DNA from: Alphaproteobacteria bacterium
Lineage (GTDB): Bacteria; Pseudomonadota; Alphaproteobacteria; SP197
Reading direction: 5' to 3'
NCBI GenBank assembly: GCA_964291415.2
Contig: OZ219917.1
Span: 288,001 to 352,000 of the forward strand
DNA: 64,000 nt
The translations under genes were made by a program, and so were the position numbers. Below are positions 9,241 through 18,538 of the stretch, one piece after another. The notes beneath the pieces were generated by a model. It was given only the letters and a program-made list of their open reading frames with translations. It ran no database searches and was not told the origin of the DNA. The first letter of the stretch is position 1. Each line of letters begins with the position of its first letter.

Positions 9241-10056
9241 TGGCGGTGGCGGGCCCTTCACCGTGGCGCGGTAGCCGGAACGCTCCGCAGGCCAGTAGTC
9301 CCAGATGGCCAGGTGTTGCGTGGCGTGATTGTCCCACAGGGCAACGGAGTCGGCCTTCCAGCGAAACCGGCACTGGAATCGCGGTTGCGCGATATGCGAC
9401 CACAGGAACTCGAGAACCAGCCGGCTTTCGGTTTCCTCGAGTTCGACGATCTTTTCTGTGAAGATCTCGTTGACGTAGATCATCTTGCGGCCGGTCGCCT
9501 GATTGACGGCGATCACCGGGTGCACGGCCTCCGGAAAGGCGCCGTCGCGCGTCTCTTCCGGCTTCGTGCCAAAGTAACGGCCATAGCGATCGGCGCCGGC
9601 GTGAAGGGCCGTCAGACCCTCGAGAAAACCCTTCATGGGCCCGGACAGGGCATCGTAGGCGGCGTGGACATTGACGAAGAGCGTGTCGCCCCCTGTGTCC
9701 GGCACGGTGCCGAGGTAGAGGACGCTGGCGGTCGGCGGCTCACGATCGCACGTGACATCCGCATGCCACTTGCTGCCGCTGTACGTCGTTGAATTCCTGT
9801 CCGTGTGAATTGCCAGGATGCCCTCGAATCCCTCGACGTCCCCCTGCGGGTGGACGTGCAGCGGACCCAGGCGCCTGCCCAGCCGCTGCAGGGAGGCAGG
9901 GTCCATCGCCTGGTCGCGGAAGAAGAGAACGTGGTGGCGGTGCCATGCGTCCATCAACTCTGCAAACACCGTGTCATCGAGGGGAGAGGCAAGATCGATG
10001 CCACTGACGTCAGCGCCGATCGTCGGGGTCACCGGTTCAATGCGAAAGGATGTCAT
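9232..10056 (-). CDS. TauD/TfdA family Fe(II)/2-oxoglutarate dioxygenase
   Basis: WHADVT (HxD), GGDTLF, HPVI, WDNHATQH.A; start at MTSFRI. Confidence 0.9.
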   Translation of the reverse strand: MTSFRIEPVTPTIGADVSGIDLASPLDDTVFAELMDAWHRHHVLFFRDQAMDPASLQRLGRRLGPLHVHPQGDVEGFEGILAIHTDRNSTTYSGSKWHADVTCDREPPTASVLYLGTVPDTGGDTLFVNVHAAYDALSGPMKGFLEGLTALHAGADRYGRYFGTKPEETRDGAFPEAVHPVIAVNQATGRKMIYVNEIFTEKIVELEETESRLVLEFLWSHIAQPRFQCRFRWKADSVALWDNHATQHLAIWDYWPAERSGYRATVKGPPPPPA

Positions 10057-10088
10057 CGTCGCTCTCCCCCTGTCTCTTGCCGGTCCTG

Positions 10089-11483
10089 TCACATGGTGAA
10101 GATCTTTCCGGGATTCATGATGTTCCCGGGATCGAGGGCCAGTTTCATCTGGCGCATCAGGTCGATCGCTTCGCCGTGCTCCTCTTCGAGGAACGCCATC
10201 TTGCCCAGACCGACGCCGTGCTCGCCGGTGCAGGTGCCGTCCATGTCCAGGGCTCGCTTGACGAGGCGCGTGTTGAGACGCTCGGCCTCGGCGAGCTCCG
10301 CGGGATCATCCGGATCGATCAGGAACACGAGGTGGAAGTTGCCGTCGCCGACATGCCCGGCGATCGGGGCCGGAATGTGGGTCGTCTCGAGGTCCTCCTT
10401 GGTGGCCACGATGCACTCGGCAAGCCGGGAGATCGGCACGCAGACATCGGTCGGCCACATGGCGCATCCGGGACGCAGCGCCTTGGCCGCCCAGGCGGCG
10501 TCGTGGCGCGCCTGCCACAGCCGGTTGCGATCCTCCTGGCGGGTCACCCAGACGAAGTCGCTGCCGCCGAAGTCCTTGCAGATCTCGCCCATCCTCTCTG
10601 CCTGCTCGCCGACGCCGTCGGCTGTGCCGTGGAACTCGAGAAAGAGTGTCGGGGCAACGGGATTGTCGAGGCCGGAGTAGGCGTTGATCGCCTCGATCTG
10701 AAGTTCGTCGAGAAGCTCGATCCGCGCCATCGAAAGACCGGACTGGATGGTGACAATGACGGCATCGACCGCCGAAGCGATGTCGGGAAAGGACACCGTG
10801 GCGGCGCTGACGGCTTCCGGTATGCCGAAAAGCCTGACCGTGACCTCGGTGATGACGCCGAGCGTGCCCTCCGAACCGACGAAGAGCCGTGTCAGATCGT
10901 AGCCTGCCGCCGATTTCCGTGACCGCCGCGCCGTCTCCACGATGCGCCCGTCGGGTGTGACCACCTTCAGGGCGAGAACCACCTCGCGCATGGTGCCGTA
11001 GCGCACCGCATTGGTGCCCGATGCCCGGGTCGCCGCCATGCCGCCCAGCGAGGCGTCCGCCCCCGGGTCGACCGGAAAGAAGAGGCCCTGATCCCTCAGG
11101 TGCTCGTTCAGCTGCTTGCGCGTCACGCCCGCCTCGACCGTGGCGTCGAGGTCTTCCGGGCTGACGCGGAGAATGCGGTTCATACGCATCATGTCGATGC
11201 TGACGCCGCCGGTGGTCGCCACCACCTGCCCCTCAAGGGACGTGCCGGTGCCGAAGGGAATCAAAGGCATGGCGTGCCGCGAGCAAATGTCGACGACGGA
11301 TGCGACCTCCTCGGATGTCTCGGGCCACACCACGGCGTGAGGAGCCTGGGGATGATGCCAGCTCTCGTCGTGGGAATGTTGCTCGAGAACGGATGCGCCG
11401 GTCGAGAAGCGTTCGCCGAACTTGTGGCGAAGCTCCGCCAGCGCCTCTTGGGGCGCCGGGTCAACGACGGCATGCGCGCTCAT
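10089..11483 (-). CDS. FAD-linked oxidase, D-lactate dehydrogenase/GlcD family
   Basis: FGTGTSLEG, DPGADASLGG, GSEGTLG, HVGDGNFH, GEHGVG.GK; real start ~11483 (MSAHAV). Confidence 0.92.
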   Translation of the reverse strand: MSAHAVVDPAPQEALAELRHKFGERFSTGASVLEQHSHDESWHHPQAPHAVVWPETSEEVASVVDICSRHAMPLIPFGTGTSLEGQVVATTGGVSIDMMRMNRILRVSPEDLDATVEAGVTRKQLNEHLRDQGLFFPVDPGADASLGGMAATRASGTNAVRYGTMREVVLALKVVTPDGRIVETARRSRKSAAGYDLTRLFVGSEGTLGVITEVTVRLFGIPEAVSAATVSFPDIASAVDAVIVTIQSGLSMARIELLDELQIEAINAYSGLDNPVAPTLFLEFHGTADGVGEQAERMGEICKDFGGSDFVWVTRQEDRNRLWQARHDAAWAAKALRPGCAMWPTDVCVPISRLAECIVATKEDLETTHIPAPIAGHVGDGNFHLVFLIDPDDPAELAEAERLNTRLVKRALDMDGTCTGEHGVGLGKMAFLEEEHGEAIDLMRQMKLALDPGNIMNPGKIFTM

Positions 11484-11604
11484 CAGCTTCCCCTCGTTCA
11501 CGTACGGGATTATGTCGCCTCGAAAGAGGCAAAGGAAGCACCCCCAACGCGCAAAATCAGTTAGCATGGGAACCCATCCCCGACAGCACGAAAGACCAAG
11601 GACC

Positions 11605-12798
11605 ATGCCGGAACACGATCTCATGGGGACCTTCCCGCCCGAGGGCGACGCACAGGTCAACCTCGACAACTGGCGCACGCCGCCCCACAACCGCTGGGCC
11701 TTCCAGCATGTCAGCGAACTCGTGCCCACGGCGCAGATCTGGCGCGGCAGCGGGCGGGCCCGGGAACTGCCGAGGGCGCCTGAGGATCTCTCGGCCATTT
11801 CCTTCGTCGACCACACGGGCGCCGACACCACCTTCGGCGCCTTTCTCGATTCCACCTCGACCGACGGACTATGCGTGCTGCGCCGGGGCGCCATCATCAC
11901 CGAGCAGTACCGCAATGGCCTGGAAGCCTGGCGGCCGCACATCCTGATGTCGATCTCCAAGTCGATCACGGCGCTGGTGATCGGCATTCTCGTAGAGCGA
12001 GGCCTTCTCGACCCCTCACGGGGAATCATCGCCATCATTCCGGAGGTCGAGGGCTCGGCATTCGCCGAGTGCACGTTGCAGCACATGCTCGACATGACGG
12101 TCGGCGTCGACTTCACGGAGGACTATCTTGCCGCCGAGGGCCCGATCACCGAGTACCGCGAGGTCTCCGGCTGGAAACCGCCGTCCGATCCCGGCCGGCC
12201 CGGCGACCTGCGCTCCTGGCTCACCACCCTGCGCGCGCAAGGATCGCACGGTCACGCGTTTCACTATGTCTCGCCGACCACCGATCTTCTCGGCTGGATC
12301 ATCGAGCGCGTCACGGCCAGGACCTTTGCCGAGGCCGTGAGCGAGCTGCTGTGGCAGCCCATGGGCGCGGAATTCGACGGCTATGTCACCGTCGACCGGT
12401 TCGGGGCGCCGCGGGCCGCCGGCGGCGTCTGCCTTGCCCTGCGCGATCTTGCGCGGGTCGGGCTGATGATGCTGGAGAACGGCGTGGCGAACGGTCGTCA
12501 GGTCGTCCCCTTCTCCTGGGTGGCCGACACGCGCTTCAATCACGACAGGCAAGCGTGGGCACATGGCGAAGGGGCGGCGGCCAATCCGTCAGGCGGCTAT
12601 CGCAACAAGTGGTGGATCATGGGTGACGAACACGGCTGCTACACCGGTATCGGCGTCTACGGCCAGTATCTGTGGATCGACCCCGTAGCCAGTCTCGTCA
12701 TCGCCAAGTTCGCCTCCCAGCCCCTGCCGACCGACGATAATGTCGATCTGGATACGGCGCGCTGCTTCCAGGCCGTGGGCCGCGCCCTCGCCGGCTGA
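11605..12798 (+). CDS. Serine hydrolase, beta-lactamase family (6-aminohexanoate-dimer hydrolase-like)
   Basis: NWRTPPHNRWAFQH, MSISKS (SxxK), FHYVS, GIGVYGQ. Confidence 0.88.
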   Translation: MPEHDLMGTFPPEGDAQVNLDNWRTPPHNRWAFQHVSELVPTAQIWRGSGRARELPRAPEDLSAISFVDHTGADTTFGAFLDSTSTDGLCVLRRGAIITEQYRNGLEAWRPHILMSISKSITALVIGILVERGLLDPSRGIIAIIPEVEGSAFAECTLQHMLDMTVGVDFTEDYLAAEGPITEYREVSGWKPPSDPGRPGDLRSWLTTLRAQGSHGHAFHYVSPTTDLLGWIIERVTARTFAEAVSELLWQPMGAEFDGYVTVDRFGAPRAAGGVCLALRDLARVGLMMLENGVANGRQVVPFSWVADTRFNHDRQAWAHGEGAAANPSGGYRNKWWIMGDEHGCYTGIGVYGQYLWIDPVASLVIAKFASQPLPTDDNVDLDTARCFQAVGRALAG

Positions 12799-12799
12799 C

Positions 12800-13861
12800 T
12801 TAACCGACCGCCCGCTGCCTCAGGCTGTGGACGACGAGGATGGCGAGCGTGAAGACCACCAGGGCTCCGGCCTGGTGGAGCGCACCGAGCCACACCGGAA
12901 CGTAGGCCAGGAGCGTGGCGATGCCCAGTCCCGCCTGGGCCACGGCGGCAAGCGCCACCAACGCCGCCAGGTGGCGGGTGCGCGCCGTCAGCGGCAGGGC
13001 GTGAAATGACCGCCACATGAGGAGTGCGGCGACCAGCGTCACCACGGCGAGAAACCGGTGATTGAACTGTGCCGCGGCCGGATTGAGAAACGGGTTGATC
13101 CACCAGGGATCCATGTCCGCCCAGGAGGCGGGAACCAGCCGGCCGTCCATGAGCGGAAAGGTGTTGTAGTAGAGACCGGCATCGAGGCCGGCAACGAAGG
13201 CGCCGGCGACGATGGTGAGGCAGACGAGGGCAAGGACCCACAGCGCCCGGCGCCGCGGCGTCCGGACACCGGGTTCGGCGGCGCCGTAGCCCGGAGCTCC
13301 CAGCAGCGACGCCGCGGTCCACACGAGCATGCCGAGGATGGCAAAGGCCAGCGCCAGGTGCATGGCGAGCCGGAACGGGCTGACACTCGGCCGGTCGACC
13401 AGGCCGCTGGCCACCATGAACCAGCCCAGCACGCCCTGGAGACCACCCAGAACGAGGATGAAGGCCAGCCACAGAGCCATGCGCCCCGGCAGCTTTCGCG
13501 TGACGAGAAACCAGACAAAGGGCGCCATGAAGGCAAGGCCGAGAACACGCCCGAGCAGGCGGTGGGCGTACTCGAACCAGAAGATGGTCCTGAACTCGTC
13601 CAGCGACATGCCGCGGTTGATCTCCCGGTACTCCGGGGACTGCCGGTAGAGATCGAAGACAGCGTTCCACTCGGCGAGGTCGAGCGGCGGGAGCCAGCCG
13701 GTCACCGGTTTCCATTCCGTCATGGAAAGCCCGGACCCGGTGAGGCGCGTGACGCCGCCCAGCACCACCATGGCGCAGACCAGCAATGCCACGACAAGGA
13801 GCCAGATGGCCACCTGTCGGCGGGACCGCGTCGGCATGGCCGGAGCAAATGAACCTGTCAT
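12800..13861 (-). CDS. ctaA: Heme A synthase (COX15/CtaA, type 2)
   Basis: GGVTRLTGSGLS.TEW.P, EYAHRLLGR, HL, QFNHR, LHQ heme-ligand motifs; ATGA overlap with ccmE. Confidence 0.93.
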   Translation of the reverse strand: MTGSFAPAMPTRSRRQVAIWLLVVALLVCAMVVLGGVTRLTGSGLSMTEWKPVTGWLPPLDLAEWNAVFDLYRQSPEYREINRGMSLDEFRTIFWFEYAHRLLGRVLGLAFMAPFVWFLVTRKLPGRMALWLAFILVLGGLQGVLGWFMVASGLVDRPSVSPFRLAMHLALAFAILGMLVWTAASLLGAPGYGAAEPGVRTPRRRALWVLALVCLTIVAGAFVAGLDAGLYYNTFPLMDGRLVPASWADMDPWWINPFLNPAAAQFNHRFLAVVTLVAALLMWRSFHALPLTARTRHLAALVALAAVAQAGLGIATLLAYVPVWLGALHQAGALVVFTLAILVVHSLRQRAVG

Positions 13862-14301
13862 GGGTCCTCGCGCCAGTAGCCGGAGTCCTTCAGCGCCTCG
13901 GCCACCTCCGGGGGCATGTAGGTCTCGTCGTGCTTGGCCAGAACCTCGACGGCCTGGAACACGCCGGTGGTTTCGGAAAGCGTCCCCCGGGCGACGATTC
14001 CCTGACCCTCCCTGAAGAGATCCGGCAGGATGCCGACGTGGACCACCGTCATGCTGGCCAGGCCATCGGTGAGATCGAAGGTCGTCGTGAGCCCGTCCCC
14101 GGATCGTTGAACGCTGCCCTCCACCACCAGGCCTCCCAGCCTGATCTCCGTTCCGGCCGCGGCGGGCGTCTCGGCGAGAGAGGCGGGGGAATAGAAGAAG
14201 GTCACAGTGTCCTCGAGGGCGATCAGCACGAGAACGGCGGCCACCCCGAAGCAGGCCACCAGGGCGCCAAGGAAGAGCATGCGCTGGTCCTTGCGCCTCA
14301 T
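13858..14301 (-). CDS. ccmE: Cytochrome c maturation heme chaperone CcmE
   Basis: RLGGLV..GS, LPDLFREGQG, LAKHDETYMPPE. Confidence 0.95.
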   Translation of the reverse strand: MRRKDQRMLFLGALVACFGVAAVLVLIALEDTVTFFYSPASLAETPAAAGTEIRLGGLVVEGSVQRSGDGLTTTFDLTDGLASMTVVHVGILPDLFREGQGIVARGTLSETTGVFQAVEVLAKHDETYMPPEVAEALKDSGYWREDP

Positions 14302-14468
14302 GGCTCCCGTTGCCTCCGGGTCTCCCGTTCAAGGCGCTCCAGTTCCCGGTGGCGGCGCCGGGAACTCCGCAAGCTCGCCACCACGAGCGCCACCAGGATG
14401 GCAATGGTGACGCCGTAGGCCGGCCACACGGTCGCCGCATGCCCCCCCATGTCGAAAAAAGCGCTCAC
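14298..14468 (-). CDS. ccmD: Heme exporter protein D
   Basis: Short peptide FFDMGGHAATVWPAYG + TM helix + basic tail between ccmC and ccmE; GTG start overlapping ccmC stop. Confidence 0.85.
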   Translation of the reverse strand: MSAFFDMGGHAATVWPAYGVTIAILVALVVASLRSSRRRHRELERLERETRRQREP

Positions 14469-15202
14469 GGGGCGCTGCGGGTGTGTCGGCGCATGAGGGC
14501 CTCGGTCCGCCACAACGCCAGTTCGGAACGGGTGCGCACCAGCAGGATGGCAACCAGGAAGGCGGCGAACCCCAAGGCCGTGATCATCAGCGGCCACAGC
14601 ATGGAAGCATGGATCGACGGTCCGTCGGCGCGCAGGATGCTGGCCGGCTGGTGCAGCGTGTTCCACCAGTCGACGGAGAACTTGATGATCGGCAGATTGA
14701 TGACGCCGACCAGCGCCAGGAGCGAGGCCGCGCGCAGCCCCCGCAACCGGTCGTCAAAGGCGCCGGCCAGCGCCAGGTAACCGAGGTAGAGAAAGAACAG
14801 CACGAGGACGGATGTCAGGCGGGCGTCCCACACCCACCAGGTTCCCCATGTCGGCTTGCCCCACAGGCTCCCGGTGATGAGAGCGATGGCGGTGAAGCAG
14901 GCGCCGACCGGCGCCGCGGCCAGCGCGGCGATACCGGCCAGCTGGTGTTTCCACACCAGGAAGCAGGCGGAGAGAACGGCCATCAGGGCGTAGCAGGCCA
15001 TGGCCATCCAGGCCGCCGGCACATGGACATACATGACCCTGACCGTGTCGCCCTGCTGGTAGTCGCCAGGAGACAGCGCCAGGCCCCAGACGAACCCGCT
15101 TGCGAGTCCCAGGACCGCCACGGCCCAGCTCCACGGCAAGGCACGCCTTGCGAACTTCTGGAACCGCGCCGGATTCGCCAGCCTGTGAAAGGAGGGGGTC
15201 AC
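14465..15202 (-). CDS. ccmC: Heme exporter protein C
   Basis: MYVHVPAAW, WGKPTWGTWWVWDARLT (WWD motif), WWNTLHQ. Confidence 0.95.
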   Translation of the reverse strand: MTPSFHRLANPARFQKFARRALPWSWAVAVLGLASGFVWGLALSPGDYQQGDTVRVMYVHVPAAWMAMACYALMAVLSACFLVWKHQLAGIAALAAAPVGACFTAIALITGSLWGKPTWGTWWVWDARLTSVLVLFFLYLGYLALAGAFDDRLRGLRAASLLALVGVINLPIIKFSVDWWNTLHQPASILRADGPSIHASMLWPLMITALGFAAFLVAILLVRTRSELALWRTEALMRRHTRSAP

Positions 15203-15227
15203 GTGGTGTTCCGGCCGTTCTCGAGGG

Positions 15228-15893
15228 TCATTCGATGGCCATGCGCAATGCCACAGCACTCGCCCACAGGGCAAGGGGCGTCCCGGCAATGAGGAGTGCA
15301 GCCTCGATGAGCAGGGGAGGCCACACGGGACCTCCTCTCAGGGCAGCCTCGACGGCGCCGATCCCGAAGATCAACACCGGAACCTGAAGCGGCAGGACGA
15401 TGAGTCCGATGAGCGCCCCGCTCTTCCTCGCGCCAAGGACGAGGGCGGCGCCGATGCTCCCGACAAGGCTCAAGACCGGCGTGCCGACGGCCAGCGACAC
15501 GATGAGAATCCACCAGGCGGCCAGGTCGAGATTGAGCAGCATGGCCATCAGCGGCGACAGGACGACAACGGGAAGACCGGATGTCAGCCAGTGGGCGAGA
15601 CACTTGGCCGCCACCTGGAACTCGAAGGGTTGCGCCGAGAGGGCCATGATCTCCAGGGAGCCGTCTTCGAGATCGGCGCGATAGAGGCGTTCCAGCGACG
15701 TCATGGACGCCAGCAGCGCCGTCACCCAGATAATCCCGGCAGCGATGCGGGCGAGAAGATCCGGATCGGGGCCGACGCCGAAGGGGAAGACCGCGACGGC
15801 GACGACAAAGAACACGAGCGTGAGCGCCGCTTCGCCGCCGCGCCGCGTGGCGAGCGCAAGGTCGCGCCTGACGAGAACGCCGAAGGTCGTCAC
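15228..15893 (-). CDS. ccmB: Heme exporter protein B
   Basis: LERLYRADLEDGSLE, KCLAHW, LPLQVPVLIFG. Confidence 0.93.
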   Translation of the reverse strand: MTTFGVLVRRDLALATRRGGEAALTLVFFVVAVAVFPFGVGPDPDLLARIAAGIIWVTALLASMTSLERLYRADLEDGSLEIMALSAQPFEFQVAAKCLAHWLTSGLPVVVLSPLMAMLLNLDLAAWWILIVSLAVGTPVLSLVGSIGAALVLGARKSGALIGLIVLPLQVPVLIFGIGAVEAALRGGPVWPPLLIEAALLIAGTPLALWASAVALRMAIE

Positions 15894-16501
15894 GGAGACG
15901 TCCCCAGGCGGACTGTCTGCGCCTCGTCGAGGGCATGGGCGGCAAGGATTGCGATTCCGCCCCGGGAGCGGTGCCCGGCGATCAGCTCGTTCAGCCGGGC
16001 GGTCGAGTCGGCATCGAGATTGGCGGCCGGCTCGTCCAGGATCCAGCAGCCACCGGGGCGCGCCGCCACGCGCGCCAGGGCCAGCCGGCGCATCTGACCT
16101 GCCGACAGCATGGCCGCCGGGAGGGGATCGAGACCCTCGAGGTTCAGGGATTCGCGAAGTCCGGGGGACTCGTCACACCCCAGGAAGGCAAGGTTCTCGC
16201 GCACCGTCAGGGTTCTCTTGACGGCATTGAGATGACCGAGAAACACCATGTCCCGGCGCCACGGCTGCGGTTCCAGGCGGGTATCGAGGCCGCGCCAGGA
16301 GATCCGGCCCGCGGAGGGAGTGAGAAGGCCGGCCATGATACGCAGCAGGCTGCTCTTGCCGCTGCCGTTGGGGCCCTCGACGATGAGGGCATCGCCTGCG
16401 TTGAGGGAGACCGTCAGTCCCTGGAAGAGCAGGCGTCCGCCACGTTCACAGGCGAGATCATCGACAAGAAGCCGTGGCTCGCCATTCCCGGGAGACGTCA
16501 T
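15890..16501 (-). CDS. ccmA: Heme ABC exporter ATP-binding protein CcmA
   Basis: LACERGGRLLF, GPNGSGKS, LSAGQ.RR, WILDEP. Confidence 0.93.
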   Translation of the reverse strand: MTSPGNGEPRLLVDDLACERGGRLLFQGLTVSLNAGDALIVEGPNGSGKSSLLRIMAGLLTPSAGRISWRGLDTRLEPQPWRRDMVFLGHLNAVKRTLTVRENLAFLGCDESPGLRESLNLEGLDPLPAAMLSAGQMRRLALARVAARPGGCWILDEPAANLDADSTARLNELIAGHRSRGGIAILAAHALDEAQTVRLGTSP

Positions 16502-16507
16502 GGGCAG

Positions 16508-17257
16508 TCAATGGCCGGCGGCCGCCCCACCATCGAGCGACAGGATGATTCCGGTGGCAAGGCTCGCATCGTCGGAGGCCAGCCACAGGATGCCGCGGGC
16601 TATCTCCCCCGCCGTTCCGATGCGGCCCATGGGCACCCATGCGTTGATGTCCGTGAAATAGCCGTCCTCGTCACCGGACTGCCGCGCCGGGATCCGGTGC
16701 ATGTCCGTGTCGACCGGCCCCGGGGCGACGGCATTGACGCGGACCTCTCCGGCCAGCTCCAGGGCCATGGCCCGAGTCATGTTGTTGAGGCCCCCCTTTG
16801 AGGTGCAATAGACCGTGGAGCCGTCCGCATGGCCCATCAGGCCGGACACCGACGAGACCATGACCACGTTGCCCCTGTTCTCGCGAAGCGCGGGGAGGGC
16901 GTATCGGGTAAGGAAGAATGGCGCGCGAAGGTTGATGTCCATGGTCGCCTGCCAAAGCGCTTCATCCGACTCTTCGATCGTGCCGCCGTCACCGATCGCG
17001 GCGTTGTTGACCAGGACGTCGAGACCCCCGAAGTGGCCGAGGGCCCTGTCGACGAGCTCCCTGCATCCCTCGAGGGTGGAGAGGTCCGCAGGCAGTCCCC
17101 GGCCGCCCCCGAGGTCCGCCACCGTCTCGTCGACGGACTCCTGCGTGCGCCCGTGGATCACCACGTCCGCGCCCTCTTCGAGAAAGAGCCGTGCCGTCTC
17201 CCTGCCGATGCCACGCGTCGAGCCGGTGACAATCACGCGCTTGCCTGAAAACCGCAT
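16508..17257 (-). CDS. SDR family oxidoreductase
   Basis: TGSTRGIG, NNAA, YCTSKG. Confidence 0.9.
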   Translation of the reverse strand: MRFSGKRVIVTGSTRGIGRETARLFLEEGADVVIHGRTQESVDETVADLGGGRGLPADLSTLEGCRELVDRALGHFGGLDVLVNNAAIGDGGTIEESDEALWQATMDINLRAPFFLTRYALPALRENRGNVVMVSSVSGLMGHADGSTVYCTSKGGLNNMTRAMALELAGEVRVNAVAPGPVDTDMHRIPARQSGDEDGYFTDINAWVPMGRIGTAGEIARGILWLASDDASLATGIILSLDGGAAAGH

Positions 17258-17333
17258 GTCCGTGCTCCTCCGCCATGAGGTGACCGTCATACCGCCTCGC
17301 CTTCGCGCAAGTCCACCGCTGCGGCGCCAATCG

Positions 17334-18251
17334 TCAGAAATGCGTCTGCCGATCCCGCGCGAGACTGTTGCGCATGAACTCGGCGAAGGCCCTCGCCGGC
17401 GCCGTCAGCTCGGCGTCCACGGGCCAGACCAGACCGACGTCCATCGTCGGAACATGGCTCGCCAACGGCACCGTTTCCACGCGAAGTCCCTCGAGCGACC
17501 ACGGCCGGTAGACCATGTCGGAGAGAATGGTGACTCCCATGCCGTTGGCCACCATCGAGCGCACGGCCTCCACGGACGATGTACGCATCAGCGTTTTCGG
17601 GCGCACGCCGGCGAGGTGCCAGTAGCGCAGCGCCGTGTTCGACGCTTCGTCGACCGTCAGCATGATGTAGGGTTCCTGCGCCACATCGTTGAGGTGTATC
17701 TCGTCCCTGGCGAGGAGCCCGTGACCAGCGGGCAGCCAGAGGCTTCGGGGCGAGCGGAACAGGGTCTCGAAATCCAGCCCTTCCTGATCCGCGATGTTCG
17801 AGGTCAGGAGAACCGCGATATCGAAGTCGCCGGTGACCAGCCCGTTTTCGATCTCGGGCCGCGTGGTTTCCAGCGGCTGCAGCGTGATGTGCGGATAGGT
17901 GCGCGTGAAGCGCTCAAGGTAGGCGGGAAGAAAGTACCCGGCCACCGTATACGTCATGGCCAGCCGCAGCCTCCCCTTGAGTTGCGACTGTGTGTTGCGC
18001 GGCGCCCGGACGGCTTCGTCGACCGCCGTCAGCACGCGGCCAGCGTGCTCGAGGAAGATCATGCCGTTGTGCGTGAGCGTGACTCCGTGAACGCGCCGCT
18101 GGAAGAGAGCGCAGCCGGTAATCTCCTCGAGCTGCCTGACCGCCACGGTGATGGCGCTCTGCGAAACGTTCAGTTCCCGCGCTGCCCGGGAGATCTGTCC
18201 CGCGCGGGCCGCCGCCACGAAGTAGCGGATCTGTCGCAGTGAAGGTTCCAA
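17334..18251 (-). CDS. LysR family transcriptional regulator
   Basis: SLRQIRYFVAAA..GQISRAARELNVSQSAIT HTH; substrate-binding domain; divergent from ABC operon. Confidence 0.95.
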   Translation of the reverse strand: MEPSLRQIRYFVAAARAGQISRAARELNVSQSAITVAVRQLEEITGCALFQRRVHGVTLTHNGMIFLEHAGRVLTAVDEAVRAPRNTQSQLKGRLRLAMTYTVAGYFLPAYLERFTRTYPHITLQPLETTRPEIENGLVTGDFDIAVLLTSNIADQEGLDFETLFRSPRSLWLPAGHGLLARDEIHLNDVAQEPYIMLTVDEASNTALRYWHLAGVRPKTLMRTSSVEAVRSMVANGMGVTILSDMVYRPWSLEGLRVETVPLASHVPTMDVGLVWPVDAELTAPARAFAEFMRNSLARDRQTHF

Positions 18252-18392
18252 CTGTTTTTCTCATATCATTGTTTGAATATCTTGCATAGGCATGCGTAAT
18301 TCGGGCGTTGTCTACGGGTATTTCCATAGGTCATGTCGACCGCAATCGCCTGTGTTTCAAGGAATGTACCCGCCCTCGTCCCGTCAAGGGTA

Positions 18393-18457
18393 ATATCTGA
18401 TACTGATATAATACTTCCAAATTCATTGAATTTGTCAAGGCAAGGATGCCCTTGACA
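18393..18457. promoter_or_regulatory. Putative LysR operator (ATATC-N7-GATAT, contains T-N11-A) and second inverted repeat TGTCAAGG-N9-CCTTGACA
   Basis: Dyads at 18393-18409 and 18433-18457 in the AT-rich divergent promoter between lysR and the ABC operon. Confidence 0.5.
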
Positions 18458-18538
18458 GAATCCCTGGGGATCGCTTGGCGATCCATCTTGCAAGCAGGGC
18501 CCCGGTACACGGGGGCCGTAACCAGGGAGTAAGGAGAG

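Noticed and set aside
11484-12116. Apparent 210-aa N-terminal extension of the FAD-linked oxidase
   Set aside because: Overlaps the divergent serine hydrolase; family similarity begins only at ~11483.
13862-14440. Apparent N-terminal extension of ctaA
   Set aside because: Out-of-frame read-through of ccmE/ccmD; the true start at 13861 overlaps the ccmE stop.
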